The notes beneath the pieces were generated by a model that was not told where the DNA came from, made no database searches, and worked only from the letters and a program-made list of their open reading frames with translations. The position numbers and the translations under genes are program-made. Shown here piece by piece: positions 12,576-27,500 of a DNA stretch of 64,000 nucleotides. Positions within the stretch are counted from its first letter, which is position 1; every line of letters begins with the position of its first letter. This DNA is from Cystobasidiomycetes sp. EMM_F5 (lineage: Eukaryota): the NCBI GenBank assembly GCA_051047955.1, contig JBPGPT010000013.1, forward strand, positions 1-64,000, read 5' to 3'.

Positions 12576-15500
12576 TCAACCGGCAGAATCAGAAATGCTC
12601 ACTCTCTCGAAAAACTGCCGAAGTGTATCACTGAGTATAGCGGGCAAAGCTTGGACGTCGCGCAAAACGACGTAGTATTCGAAAGGGAATGAATCCATGT
12701 ATCTCTCCATCTTGATTTCCATACTTCCACCGGCATTTTGCAGGTAAGAAACTGTTTGCATCGTCATGATTGATTCGTTGGTTGATGTTCGGTTGTTTGC
12801 CATGTCCTGCGCGCGCTTTAGCGAGTCGACAACGAGGAATACGACCATGACCTTCTGATCTTTTGCTTGTCGAAGCAGGGCGCGAATATCATCGAGATTC
12901 TGACACATGCCATCGGAAATGATTATCTGCAGTTGCCACAGATCGACCGCAGAAGAGCGGCTTTGTTCGCGAGCGGCTTTGAGTTTCTCGAGTGACTGCT
13001 GCAGAAGTAGCCGGACGTCCGTGCTCTTCTGGCCGAACTTGAAGGAATCTATGATTTGGCGTCCGGTCTCCTCACTCGATAAGTTGTTCTCGAAGTCCAG
13101 CACGAAATCAACTCGCTCGCCGAAACGACATACGGAAACTTCTCCAACTTCCAGACGCGACAAAGACTGACAAACGAGCGCCAGCGTTTGGAAGGCGAGA
13201 TGTACCGAGCTCGAGTCCGCCATTGAGCGCGAGTCATCCAGGGCTAAAACGATCTGGTATTCGCGACGACTCGGTCGTGTTCGACGAAGCCAGATCTTGT
13301 CTTTGGTGAAATCGGAGGCAATGTATGGAATAATTTTTCGCATGTTTAAACGCTTGCCAGTTCGGTAATCACCTTGCAATCTCGTCGCTAAGGTCGGGGC
13401 GAGCACTAGCCGAAGCGCTTCCGTCAGGGCAAGGGAAAGATCTCTCGTAATACTCTCATACAGTCGCCACACCTCTGCACCAGGCAGTGACGTCCGTCCG
13501 CTCGCTAACCAGTGATCCAATTTGTAAGGAAGCTCATCGAGCTCATCGATGGCTAGATTGTCCGTGCTTCCGTCCATCTCGGTCGCAGGCGGTACCGCGA
13601 CTTCTGAGTCTTCCAATCTTCCTGCGTGGAAAGCCTCCGCTGCCGGCAAGTCTCCTTCAGGCACACCGAGGTCTCCATGCAACAAAGTGTTTTGCAGTGG
13701 GGGTCCAATCGTAGAGTCCATCATATTCTCAGGCATGTTCTCGTCGTCGGGATAGTCAAGGATGACATCGGAGTCTGTACATTCTGCCGCTGCTTGGCGT
13801 TCGCTTTCTGCTGGGCCCGCGGCTTGTATTTGCGTTTCCTCCAGGGCTTCGTTGATGTATTCGATATCGCTCCCCATGTCTTTATCGTTCATGTCCTCAT
13901 CATTGTTCCGCTGCGCATCCGATTTCGAAGCGTCAGGTATAGCCTCAATGCGTCTTAACCACGATTTCGTGCGATCGCCAATTTGACGATTGGCCGAAGA
14001 CTCGTCAAAATCGGAGTCCTCTGCTGGACGACTAACTTCATCAGGTCGTCCTGAAGTATCAGTGGCGTCCGAATCTCGTATGTTCTCGTCTGTCAAAACG
14101 TCTCCGGCTGAAGTACGCTGACTGACATCCTGTTCCTTTTGATCCCGCTCAGCTGGCTTTCCTGGCGCCGCATCCAACGCAGGCAGTGTGAATTCCGAAT
14201 GCATATGACCGCTATGCGTGCCTGCGCCTGTCTCCTCAGCGTTGGTATTTTCTGGCTGGTCATCGATAAGTGCGGCAGATTCGGCGGGGGCTTGGGGGCC
14301 CGACTCTTTCTCGTCCACCGTATTTCGGTCATCTGCGTCCTGCATGTCTGCATCCTCCCCTGCCGGACTGTTTCGATCGTCACCGTCTGGATAGCCATCT
14401 GAGGAGTCAGCATCCACTAGCAAAAGCGAAAGTGAGTGAGCGACCACTTCAGCGGATTTGTGGGAATGCATGGGAAACCAACCTGTTTTTTCGAGCTCTC
14501 GGTCGATATCGTCATCGTCATCAGCCCCGTCATCATCGCCTGGATTCCAATCGTCCAATTTAAGCTCCTCTGGCAGCTCTAATGGCGCAGCATCGTTGTC
14601 CATGTCAGGCAACATGGTAGATGGCGATGGCTCGTTGACTGGTGATTCGTTAGTATCTGTCTCCTGTTTGAGCTCGATGTCGTCCATGCTGGAGGCTTGG
14701 GTATCAGCCATATCGTGTTCATCTTCAGAAGGTCCATCGTTCTGCTGGTTGTTCTGTCGATTTTCATCTCGTTGTCCCATTTCGGTTGGTCCCCCTTCTG
14801 TCTTCTTTGTCGTTTGCTCTTCAGCTTCATCTTGCTTCTTATCTTCGGCCTCGTCACCGTCGCCTTGCCAGAACTTCTCGTCAACAGCATTAGGATCCAG
14901 GGGATCGACTTTGCCTAGTTCTTCGTCTACATCGCCGTTGGAATCCGTGTCTTGATCTTCTTCATCCGCTTCGCCATCCGTACCATCTGGTTCCGCCATG
15001 TCTTCTGTACGCCCACCAAAATCCTCAGACATGTCAACAGCATCATCATTAGGATCAGACTTCCGGTCTGTGTTGTCTTCGTCCTGATCGTCTTGATCCC
15101 CCTGGACACCTTCTACTTGAGACTCGTCAGTTATGTCCTTACTGACATTCTTGCCGCCTTCCCCGGATCCGATACCGGTGCCGTCTGCATCTTGCGTGGC
15201 TTGCTGGCTTTGCGTTTGGCTATCACTAGGTCTGCAGAAGCCTTGATCCGCAACCGTCAGGATGACAGATTGTACCGTCTTACACAGGCTCAGTACAGCT
15301 GCCGACCATCGGGCGTATTCGCGTATACTTTGACACAACATATTGCTGTATGCTTGGAGAAATGGGGCAATACTAATATCCGCGTCAGTCAAGTCGTCCA
15401 GATTGACTGCGGAATGTCTATTTCGACTCACTGTGCAATCAAGTCGTTTGCAGCACCCATATCGCAACCATTCCGAGCTGCCATGGCAATCGAGTCGGCT

Positions 15501-18500
15501 GTTTCCGAAAGCTTTGTGCGCACTCCGGCCAGATGAAAATGTAACACTCGGGACCGAAGCTCTTTACTGTATGCTGGGACGCAATCATCGTCCAAAGTCG
15601 AAGAGACTGATGACGGCGTTGCACTGCGCAAGGTGATCAACTGCTGTATAATGACCATAAGGGACTTGATGAGCTGGTTGTAATTTTCGACTGCCCTCGA
15701 GTAAGACTCCGCTGAAAGCGCCTCATTATCCGTTTCACTGGCGTTAAGAGAATCGGTCGCTGCAACGGCTTCGTGCATCCAGTCAAGTACCGGCTGGACA
15801 ACGTATTGTAAGCGGGGAAAGTGATGATTTTCTCGCTCCAAGCTGAGTATGACTTCCTGAAAGAAGAGTATTGCACTCTTTACGGCCTCTTCGTCATGCT
15901 GACTCAAGGGACCACTGCTGTGGGTCAGAGCTGGCGAGGACTCGAGACTTTCCAGTACTAGTGTGAGTTTTCCGGTAAAGCTCTCGTACGCAGTCGTAAT
16001 GGCGTCCGTTGCATATTTATCATCAGCTTGGGGTGTGTGGCGAGCGTGTGTATCGGCGGCATCGCGCATTTCTGTCAAAGCAGTTTGTGCATTTCGCAAC
16101 ACGGCAATCCAGGCAGCAAGATACCGACAGCCATGCTCAGGCTGAAGGCGTGCCAGACCTCCTTTCGTCGAGATCCACTGTAACTGCTTGTTGATTTCTT
16201 GCAAAGAAGAGTATTCCAACAGAGTGTAGCCAAGAACTTGTTTGTCCTGTATTGCTATGCCAAAGCAGCTTTGCAATGACCCTATAGCTCGGCGCAGCTG
16301 ATCAGTACCTATGTCTTCATGATGGTCGGCCAAGCGCTGCCGAAGACGGGGCATATTGGCAACGACATAGAAGAAGTCCTCCTTGACGCGCCGCAAGCTG
16401 AGTGACAAGAGTGCATCGGTGGTATCTATGAAAGGGGCAGTGCTAAACAGTCTGGCGGAATCCTCTTGTATTTTCAATGTAGACGGGATTGGCCGAGATG
16501 AACAGCCTATGCGCCTGAAGTCTTTCGCAAATTCCGCCCATGCCCGCTTCTTGAGGCTGAGGATAGCAGAGGCATGCTTCTGCTGCGCTTCTTTGGTTTT
16601 CCCCACAATAACCATCTGTCCAAGCTCGTGCACCCGTTGTCTGATAGAGTCCGTAAGCTCCTTAAGGTTGCTGCTGTCCGGGCGAGCTTCACAGCTAGAA
16701 ACGTATGCCTCCACTCGTGCCTTGAAGGCAAGGGCATTGACAGTAGGATTGCTTCCATCGCTTTGACCAGTTGGTATTTGGCCTAGCTGTTGGGGGATCA
16801 CGAGCGGCAGCGGTGGCCATGAGAGCTCGTTGTGGGTGTCTCGCAGATGTGCAACACCCGACTGTACGCCTTGCGGCACACCAGTCTCAATTGCGGGACG
16901 TCGAAGGCTCTTCCTATGCCTGCGCAAGATTTTATACAGTTGACCATGACTCTTGCGAGCGCTAGCTTGTAAGGCGTAGACGTTGACGTCTTTCCAGCTC
17001 GCAAGACGTATGATTTCGCGTACTTCTTTGTCTCGCTCTTGCCTGTTCTCAAACAGGATGGTCTGGCTGCGAAGCGTTCGGGAAGTGTAATAGTCGTGTA
17101 CGTTGGCGATGATGGCTGCAAGATTAGCAAAACGAGTCCTGCTCCCTTGTGCGTATAGCATGCTGCTACCATCAACCAGGCGAGAAAATGTGAGCAGGAG
17201 AGCCAGTCGCCCTGCAACATCTCCACAGTTGCTTTCAAGGAGAAACGCTTCGAGCGACTCCACGACCTCACTCAGATACGTTGTCCACTCTGTCTGTGAT
17301 GCCATCTCGACTATTCTCGATGGTGCGTGTACTAGAATTTCGTATAAGCGGTACCACCACTCTGCTATTGATTCTGCATGTACTCTTGATTCCCGAGCAA
17401 GCAGACCGTTCCATGAGAGTAATTCGAGCCGTCGCCACTCGACGACCAAAGCTACGAGCGCATCCTTCTCTGACGCCAAAGTGGTCTCCCGGCTAGCATA
17501 GCGTTGCCACTCTTCAATAAGAGGTAGCAAGCTCTCTACCAACGTCAGAACACGCATCAGAGGTGCGTCGGTGTTTAGAGATAGCAAGGTGCCAATCTTG
17601 TCTAATACATTGATCAGCACAACCTGTTCCGGCCATTCGTCCAATATTTGAGCCACGCGGGCATTCAACTTCGACAGTATTGGTAAAAGCGGTTCCATCT
17701 TGGCGAAATTGGCATCGGTGTAGAAGTTGCCCGTGATATGCTCTACACCAGAGCTGATCTGTGCCAATCGGTGAAGCCGGTACACCCGTGATCTTTCGTC
17801 GCATTGACTACTGAGCTCATTCGCCCAGTGGCTCAAAATGGATGCGATGATACGCTCTCGAGCGCTATTGAACTCCTGCGAGAAGATTGTCAATCAATGG
17901 TTACATAACGTGGCATTATCGCTCTTACGGTACTCTCAGTACTTTCAAAGAGGGCCAGGTGGGTTTTGTACACGTCCAAAGCAATAGAGCTAGATGCCGT
18001 TGTATTCTCGATGGGCGGTAACTTTTTCATGCCTTCGATAGAACCTTCTGAGTATGTGGGGAAGAGGCTCGCTATTTCTTGTTCATCGAGAACATCGTCT
18101 GACAAAACATCGACATGGGTCGTTCGAGTACGGTATAAGCTCTTCTTCTGTTCTTCGGTATCTTCAGCCTCGCGCCTGTCAGCACTCCAAGCTTCGTACA
18201 GTTCCTGGTAAAGACATAGTATTCTTCGAACCAAATCTTGCGAATTGTGACGATGCTGTGACGTCGCGGCGCTCGGAAAGGCTTTAAGCTGAATCAGATA
18301 TTTATAAAGGGTCTGAACGGAGGAACCGCGAGTTCCAGAAATTGTGGTCGACTGCAGTTCGAGGACGGCCGCTTTCGCGGCGCAGCTTGGATATATCGTC
18401 AAAGTCTGCAGCAATGTTTCATCAGCTTCAAGACCCGGACCCCCACTGTTTCTTGTCCCGCTGAACAAGCGAATGCCTATCGCAATGTCAAGTGCCCGGA

Positions 18501-21500
18501 AAGCTAGCGACAAGGGGGACAAGAAGTCCTCATACTGCCGATACAGCCGCCACAGCCTTTGCCAAGCTGTATCTATCGAGATCTGCAGATTTCCCAAGAC
18601 GACGGAGCTATTCGAGCAAGCCGCTGATTCATCAAAGAGCTTCCACGTCTCTTCCCAGCGAAGTAGGTCCCGGCCGCAATGCGCCAACTCGGCGTGTAAG
18701 GCATTGAAAGTGGCGGAATCATGGGAGCGATTGGAATCGCTGGCCTCGAGAGACAACATTGACGTGTTCAGCTTCCGCAGGCGATGCGCGATATAGTGCA
18801 ATTCGGTTGTGCCGGTCGTTTTGGGATGCACGACAGCCACCGACGTAGAGACTGCGTTACGAAAGAGGCTACTCCGTTCGACTACTAGAGCATGACCTCG
18901 GGCACGAGACGTCATGATTGGATCAAGAGGGTAGTCTGGCATATATATCTGCCATAACCATGCTGCAAAGGCGAAGAAGGCAGAAGCCAGTTTATCGAGA
19001 TTGCGATGGGTTGTTGAACGGTCGCTTTGCGCCAAGTTTTGGATAACAGTGGCAAGTGTATGGGCGGGGGAGCAGCGTTCCATGGATTCGAGTGACCGGC
19101 GTAATTGACCTAATTTGTCGGGCAGCTCGGATGGATATTCGGAGTCATTGATGACCCCAGCTGCGGTCAGAACCTGCAGAAAAGTAGTCAGTCAGTATAG
19201 CAGTATAGTCCTCGACACTGGTCCCTTTGAACAAACTTCTTGAATTAAGCCTACGAGAACCCACGTGAGAGCGACATCATGGGGAAAGACCTGACCAGCC
19301 GCCAGATCTATGTGTACAGGTAATTTCTTGCCGAGATTTTCCTGCCATGAGCGTCTCGAACTCAAAGTAGGTGGTTTACCGCGGCTGCGAAGCAATATCA
19401 GTATCAGTCAGACGTCTGCTTTTACACATTCAATGTACTCACCAATCGGAGTATATGTCCGTGAGAAGAGTAGCTCCGTATACTCTGTTTGTGCCATCGG
19501 CGAGTTGCTGGCCGCGATAGCTCTGTAAGCATACCGTCCAGTAGTGTGACCCCATACTCACATCTCGTTCCTGTACACGTGCATTGGTTCTGCATCCAAA
19601 TAGCGCCCACTGAACGTACGAGCGGATCGCTGGGCGCAAATCTACATGTGCAGCATCATTCAGCAACTCGCACGTGCACGGAAACAAACGCTCGCCTTCT
19701 GAGGTCGGCAAAGCAATCGTATTGAGTCTTCGTCCGCCGAGTGCGCACGCACATCGTACAAACATGCCGAATGTACTACTCTGCCGGATTCTACTGCTCA
19801 ACGCGGCAAGCGTCATCGTTTCGGAATACTGTAGCAGACCCCGACCCCCATTTTCTGGCGACTCTACAGAGACTCCGGATGCCATTTGATAGGGGAGTAA
19901 TTTCTGCAAGATTCCCTTCAACGGGTGGACAAGAGACATTGCCAGGAAACAAATAGTCTCACCTTGACAAAGCATGTCAGAACATCGTCTAATTGCTGGT
20001 CACGTCCGATTGGTTGTAGCTGACTATTGGCCACAAGTTCAGCGTAAAGCAGAACAAGATCTGAATGCAATTAAATTATAACTTCAGCAAAATGCTGTGG
20101 TCCCACGTCTTTGGGACTCACCAGATGACACTCCGTCGACTTCAATACGAGAGGCCAGTTGCTGTATCTGCTCGATAGTGGAATTATTCGAGCGTGGAAC
20201 CAGCGCTGCTTTCCATATCGCCTGAAGAGCATGGCCTGTCGACAGATCTAAGCTTTTGTCTGCGGAGCTTACGCTATTAAGTAGTTTCTCGAGCGGATCC
20301 GCCTTCCCAATCTTGAGAACACTGATAGCCTGCAAGAGCTCCTTTATTATTGCTTGAAAGCTGGCAAAATCTAGTGATTGTGCTGCGCCCAAATGCAGCA
20401 GGGAGAGGTACATGCTGTGCAGATCCAGAATGACGCTTGCGGTCTGTACAACTGAGTCAGTGAATGTGCAGTCAACTCGCAAATATACTTGCCTCCGGTT
20501 GACTCTGACACTCGCTGGCCAAAAAGGACATCGCCGTAGGTAGCGCACGGCAAACGTCATACATAGAAGCCTCTCGATCTACGGAGAGTGGGGATGACAT
20601 CGAAGCTACTTGAGAGAAGGAAATACGTTGAAGAACCGACAGACCTTGACCACGGTGCGACCCGTGGTTGACTATCGCCTGAGCATGTGTCGTATTTTGT
20701 AAAGCACCGTTTGCTATAAGTACGCGCATAGCAACGTCTCGAGCGTGCCGTGATGTTCGGTCGGACCGGGAGACTGCCTTCCGAGCAGTGTTATCGTCCA
20801 TGCTAATTACAAGGGACTGGTTATCGCCGTATCAGCACTGCACTGTCGACTGTGTGCCAAAGATCACATACTTGACTTGTTGCCCTCGGATCGTCTCGAA
20901 ACACATCCTCACGACTGGCGAACGCGCGTGCGGTAAGATCATGGTTTGATAGCGCGAACAGTAAATTCGGTCCGATGCTGTGACGGCGAAGCTGGCGAGC
21001 CATCGCACCGAGATATGAGAAATTCAAGCATGCTATCAATTGGCTGGTGTGGGAGACTGTCCAAGCGTCCGAGACATCTATGTTGGAGGACTTCCTTGAT
21101 GCGAGACGACTAAGAACTCGCGTTTGCAGACTACCAGAAGTGGGGTGTGGGAATGTGCCGTCGTCAAACGCTGCACGTTCGGACGTATGAGGATATAGCA
21201 TGGCGATCTCGACGCCTCTGTTCCGCATCGCACGAGACAGTTCCCCGTATACGGGATCCAACGTCATCACGACACGAAATGCGGGATGTGCCTGGACGGC
21301 TGTTGGCGTCGCGGCATTCGTACCTCGTTCGGGAATATGGAGCGAACCGCCGTCCTCGAAGAGCGCATTGAGACGGTCCAAAACAGCAGCATTGCAAAGA
21401 TTAGCATCCTGTATGACAAACAGATCACCCTCCAGCATAGCCTCGACCAAGGGGCCATCCTTCCAACGGAATCGACCAGGCTGAGTAGCATTGCGGCAGC

Positions 21501-24500
21501 ATTTATCCACCCATTGCACCATATTTGTATCAAGAAGCTTATCTTCCTGCATATTCAGCAGTATACTCTGTATATCAATAATAACGTCCCCTGGCGATAA
21601 TCCGGCTTCCAGATTTCGCCTACAAAGGCCTATCAGATTGGAGTACTGTCGGTATAAGTTCCAGTCATGCCTGTCTGAGGATAGAAGAGCCGCTATGTGG
21701 AGATCAATCTGTTTCAGGGCTGATGTAAGGACGGTGACTGCGTTCGCTTGCTCGAAGCTGCCTAACAAATCCATTGTGTCAGTCAGAGTGTTCGTATGAA
21801 CGATACGTAGTCGCTGGCCGGATAAGCGGCTATAAGCTCGTAGCAGGCGGCTTTTGCCGCTCTCTCGAGGTCCTGTAAGAACCACCAGACTGCTACTGTG
21901 AAGTGCGGCAGCCAGGCTATGCATAGAGCGCAGGAGTCTGTCAGGCAGATCTGAGTCCTTGATGTAGTCGAGAGCGCGCATGAACGGCGTTTCCTGAATC
22001 TTGGCATGTGTTCGACCGATTCTATATCTGACGGCACCTCGTCGAGCTTCTGCGACATGATACAAATCCGGCTCCTCGAAATTAATCATCTTATATTGAT
22101 CAATGACGAAACAGCGATCACGCTCATTCCTGAAGCGCTGGATGAACAGGTCATCGATGTATTCTTGAGGCGACAGCGGATAGCGAGCCAAGCTCGATGA
22201 CTGCGTAGTTCGAGTCATCCACCGGAGGACGTCACGTAGGTTGATCTCCCATGGTGATCCCTCGCGGCCTACCGCAGGCGGATTCTTAGTGAGTGCGTCA
22301 TCTAGACTTAGACTGAATGCAATCATCTGAGAGCGGACAGCGCTTGAAAGCTGTGGGAAAATATTCGTGCATATGATTTCGTAATCCTGGATCTCCAAAG
22401 AGGACATGTAGACTTGGCTAAAGCGATCTAGAAATGAGCGGGGCAAACCTTTACGTCCACCTCCCTGACCTAGCGGATTTTGTGCAGCAAAAATTCTGAA
22501 AGTCGGATGTCGGAAGAAAGATCGATCCAGTTCTGGAATGTAGACCGTTCCGCGGTGATCCAGGCAGGAATTAAGGCCTTCTAAAACCGATTGGCTGGCC
22601 AGGTTCATCTCGTCTAGAAGGACCCAATCTCCGTTTTCCAGTGCTGTAAGGAATATTCCATTCCGCCATGCGAACTCACCGCTTTGTCCACCTTCAACCG
22701 GCAGGTCGCTGCCGAATAAGTCGACGAGATCAGTCTGATCAGAAAGGTTTATGCGATGCAGGCGATGTTTCGATAACCCAGCGAGTGTGGTGACAAGGGA
22801 TGTCTTTCCCACGCCGGGCGGACCTTCCAACATCACGGGCTTGTTCAGTTGCAAAACCCGTAATACCCGCTGAGCATTGTGTAAGACTGTAGGGGCAGCG
22901 AGACTGTATGATGAATCAGCGTAATTCTCCAAATGTCCGTAGGATAGCTTGAAGGGTTCTATGCGGATGCATTCATTCTCTATTGTGTATGTAGAGGGTC
23001 GCAGACCCATCTCTTCGACCGTCGAGTCAGGGTTAAGGCTCATATCTAGTAGCTTGGCTATACCCCTTGCACTGATGTCATTCTTTGCTGCTTTGGACAA
23101 GGCCGCTGTTGCAGGAGTACTGCCAATTCCATCCAACAAGGTCATTATTGCCCCGTGTACGAAGGCAGCTGGATGCTCCATCTCGGCCGTCGTCATGAAA
23201 GCAGCCCAAGCAAGTAAATCACGCAGAGTAACTGCAGTATCGGAATTACTGCGGGTGGTGGGCAATATAGCAGATGTATACCACTCTGAGAATTCTAGCA
23301 TCCGCTCCGCCCAAATTTCCAGCGCCGGATCGCGTAATTTTGCGCGAAGGATTGCCAACAAGTCCTGATGATCAGAAACCCATGGTACCCAGATTTCGGT
23401 GAAGCGATTGCGGAGGGCCGGAGACAATTCTTTCTTGCCAAAGTCACCTCCAGGATTCATTGTAGCTACGATCTGGAAACTAGCATTTGCGACTAGTGCG
23501 TCGCTCGAAGCGGAAAGCGCACCATTCTCAGCTAGAGTCAACGTGCGTGATGGCTCTAGAATACTGTTGAGTCGCTCCAAGACGGAGTCGTCGGCTAACG
23601 AAATCTCATCCAGCAGGATGTGACTTCCGTTCTTCATGGCTTGCAAGAGGGGGCCATCGTGCCAGGCGAATAACGCAGTTGCAGCTTGCATTCGTGGTAA
23701 TAATTCGGCTGCCTTTGGCTGTGTAGGAGCAAGTTCCGCTACGAGCGGTAGAAGATCGTCGAAAGAGTCTGACACACCTGCCTGTTCTGATGGCTGTGCG
23801 TCAATAATATGCCTCGCTTCTCTGGCGAGAGCGGACTGAAGTGCTCCACGCTGGCGTACTGGCCGCTGACCTCCCAGGAGATCTGCCGTTTCCGTATTCT
23901 GGTGGCAATTTAAAACATGGAGAAAGCGGCCCATGTGTTCCGCTACCGTCTGGCACAAAGACGTTTTTCCTGAGCCAGTTTCACCGACAAGCAAGACTGG
24001 TTCGTTCTGTTCCAAAGCACTCCGCATCAGGACGTACAGTCGCCGCATTGCAGATGTCCACACGAGGTCAGAGACTTTGCCTTCGCTGATGTACTTGTCA
24101 AATGCCGTCCGATACAGCGCTGACTCATTTATGTCGACTTTCATGACCTGCTCGATAACATCCTTTACAATGATCTTGTCTTGCTGCCGTCTCGCTCGTT
24201 CTGCTAATAGCATGTAGCCATTTGCGGCTAGTTGCTCATAACCAACAGCCTCGCGCGTGCCCCACCGAAAAAGATCTCTCAGAGTTACGAAGGCATGACG
24301 TTCCTCGAAAACGCGGGAGCTTTGTCTGCGTTTTTGGAGTTCTAGGAAGACTTGCACGATCTTTTTGGCATACGAAGGCGCTATAGCGCACCGCTGGCAC
24401 AAGATGATTTCCAGTTCGTTTTGCGGTACATCGGAGAAATGCATCTCCAGAAAGCGGTTGCGAAAGGCCCTTGACAGCACCTTTCTACCGCCATACAACC

Positions 24501-27500
24501 CGGGCGGATTTTGGGTCGCAAAGAGCATGAAGTGTGCATGGGGCTTGATAACTTCATGGGTTTCCGGTGAGACTAGTTCGCGATTGTCGTCGAGAAGCCT
24601 GTTGAGTGCCTCTAGAACGTCCGTTGGCGCCAGATTGAGCTCGTCGAGAACGAGCCACTCGCCATTGCGAATCGCTTTCACAAGTAAGCCTTCTCGAAAC
24701 ACGAGCTGACCCGTCAAAGGATCTGACACATATGTGCCCAAGTACTCTTGTATGTCGGTGTGCTCGTGATTATTGATTCTGACGAAACGATGCCCCGTGC
24801 GTCTGGCAAGGAATTCAATGATACTGGTCTTGCCAGCTGAAGTCGGTCCTTGTATAAGTACGGGGAAGCGAGCTGCTGCTACAGTGCGGGCTAGACTAAC
24901 GAGCTTGACTTGGACTGATTCGGTAAGAACGTAGTCATCGTGCTCAGGGATGGGTAAAGGACCAGTCGGAAGCCAAAACGATCCCAATTGAACGGCCACT
25001 TTCGCAGAATTGGGCGGATGGCTATAGACCGTGGACAGAAAAGTTCTTGCATTTCTCGATCTTTGTACTAGATACACGTTCAGTAAATTTTGTAGTAAAG
25101 AGTGACTTTGTGGCTCGAGCAGAGTTGAAAAGGACAGGGTGAACCCTTCGTACAACGCTCGCCGCAACCCAAAGATATCTGATACATCCGCCGCAAAGGT
25201 CAGCGAACGTGCAAGCGTCCGCATAGAGAAGTGCGGTGGTTGGTTAGACCCATCGGCTAGCCTTCCGTCTCGAGAGAGGGCTTTAATGCCCAAGTACAAT
25301 TCCGCCGTGTCCATGAGAACAGACTTGTCGCCGACGGCAGCGTGTCCGACATAACCGCTTACAATACTCAGGAGCACGTCGATGTCAGTGTCCGGTGGAG
25401 GAACGCAGAATTCGGAAAATTTCATTCGGAGCGATGGCGGTAAATCTCGCTTTCCGACGTCTGTAGCCGGATTCATGCAAGCGAACAAGCGAAAGTCGGC
25501 ATGTCGTCGGATCGGTTCCAAGTCGCCACGCTCCGTAAGAACTAGTGATGATTGACTATTTTGCATTAGGGTAGAGAGCGCTTCCAGTGTCTCAGCTGTT
25601 GCAAGGTTTATTTCGTCAAGTAGAATCCAGTCGCCATTTTGTAAGGCTTTAACGAGAGGGCCTTCAACAAAAGTGAAAGACAACTTAGCTTGTTTAGCAA
25701 TCTGTTCATTATGTTGAATATCAAAATCTTCCACGTCAGCCACAAAGACTTGCCAGTCGTCATATAGGTGAGATTGCGCGATTTTACGTTTCTTTCTGGA
25801 AACGGCTTGGGCGTCGGTTGCGTCAGCATCTCGGTTTCGCGAAGCCTTTGACATGGCTGGTCGAGCCGCTTCCCGAAAAAGTGAAGCCAATCGTCCCCAG
25901 CGTTGCTTGTTGTAAGCTTTGCGTATAGCTATCACGTAATCCGCATTACGCGACGAGTCGAAGGTGCGTGAGAAGAGATCGACAAAGTGGTTGACTAGTC
26001 GCAGCGCTTGACCTATTCAAAGACGGCTAAGTGATAAAACTTTTGGACACGTAATAAAGACTTACGCTTGATGACTTCGGCTTGATTGACAGGCTTGAAT
26101 CCCCCGAGCAGATCGGTGGCTTCGGTTTGATTCGACAAATTCAATGCGACCAGCTTGCGGCTAAGCTTCTCTGCCAGATACCCTACGGCAGCCGTCTTTC
26201 CGGTACCCGTTTCGCCAACGAGCAAGACTGGCTCGTTTGCTTGAACACAGACGGCAAGACGCTCCAGCAAAAGAAGGAACGGCTTTGTTAGTGCATAGGG
26301 TCTTGTCGATGACTCGGGTTTGCGTAGATGCCGAGCCTTGTCGACGCGAGCACGACCGACTTGAAACATGTCTGTAGTCTTCAGACCGTCGTCCAGTAGT
26401 TCAGGGACGCGACCGCTGAGAAGCCAGTGACTGCGCTCTTCGCTGAGATGCAAGCCTCGACGCAGCGCCTCTGACACTCCCAGATATTTCGTTGGCGGAG
26501 TCTGGCTGCTTGCAGGTGTGTATGGAAAAGGAGCCAAGAAAATGTCCGCTGCTTCGATGAATAGCTCGTCTTGAAAAGTGGGATTGGCGGTGACTGAGGT
26601 TATTGCGATGTTGCTGGGCAGATGTAGCGTGACACGATGACACCAGCGAAGAAGGTCCCGTACAGTAACGTCACGACCTGTGCCGGCAGCGCTGCTGCTA
26701 GCCAGACTATTTGCCACGCGAGCAACGTCGGTCCACGCCGCAACAAGTTCCTGTATGATTGCTTTGTGGAGTACCGGATAAGATTCTTGTGCAATTTGCT
26801 GTATCTCACTGGGACTTGGGGCGTCCATCCATACGTAATTCCAGAACTGGCAGCCAAAGAAGGTACTTTTTTTCGGCAGCTGCAAATCTCCAGTTGCTGT
26901 ATGTTGCTGCCCGATGGTAGCAAAGAGCATAAACCCCTCTGCAGCTGGTACCCAACGATCACCTGCCATAACTCCTACGCCATGCTCAGCTACTCCGCCC
27001 CAGCTGCCTCCGACCATCTCCTGACCGCGGAATTGCATTCGCTCAACAAGCGCAGCAATGGTGGAGAGTACGTCCTCTGCAGCCTTGTCGATGTCCTGCA
27101 GAACGAGCCATCGTCCTTGACGAAGTGCACGGGTCAAGGAACCCTCAATGAAGACAAAGGAGCCTGGCTCGGTGGGAGACGATGCCAGTGAGCCCAGAAT
27201 GGTTTTGGCATCCAGAGATCTGTCGGCCAGATTGATAGTAACAAGGGGTAGCTCTGGCATAGTGAATTGCGCACCGCTGTTCCAGAGCAAGTGGTGCAGC
27301 TGCCGCAAAACACTAGCCTTACCCGCAGCTGGCGGAGATTTCAGTATGACGGGCGTACGGGTTTTGACGTTGATGGCCAAATCCCGTAAAGCGCAACGAG
27401 ATGTGTCTGTACTGACAAAAGTGGATGGTCGCGGGGAGATTGTCTCCTGGGCGGACCTTAGCTGCACAGGTTGCGAGCAGCAGACCTCTCGCAGTAGGTG

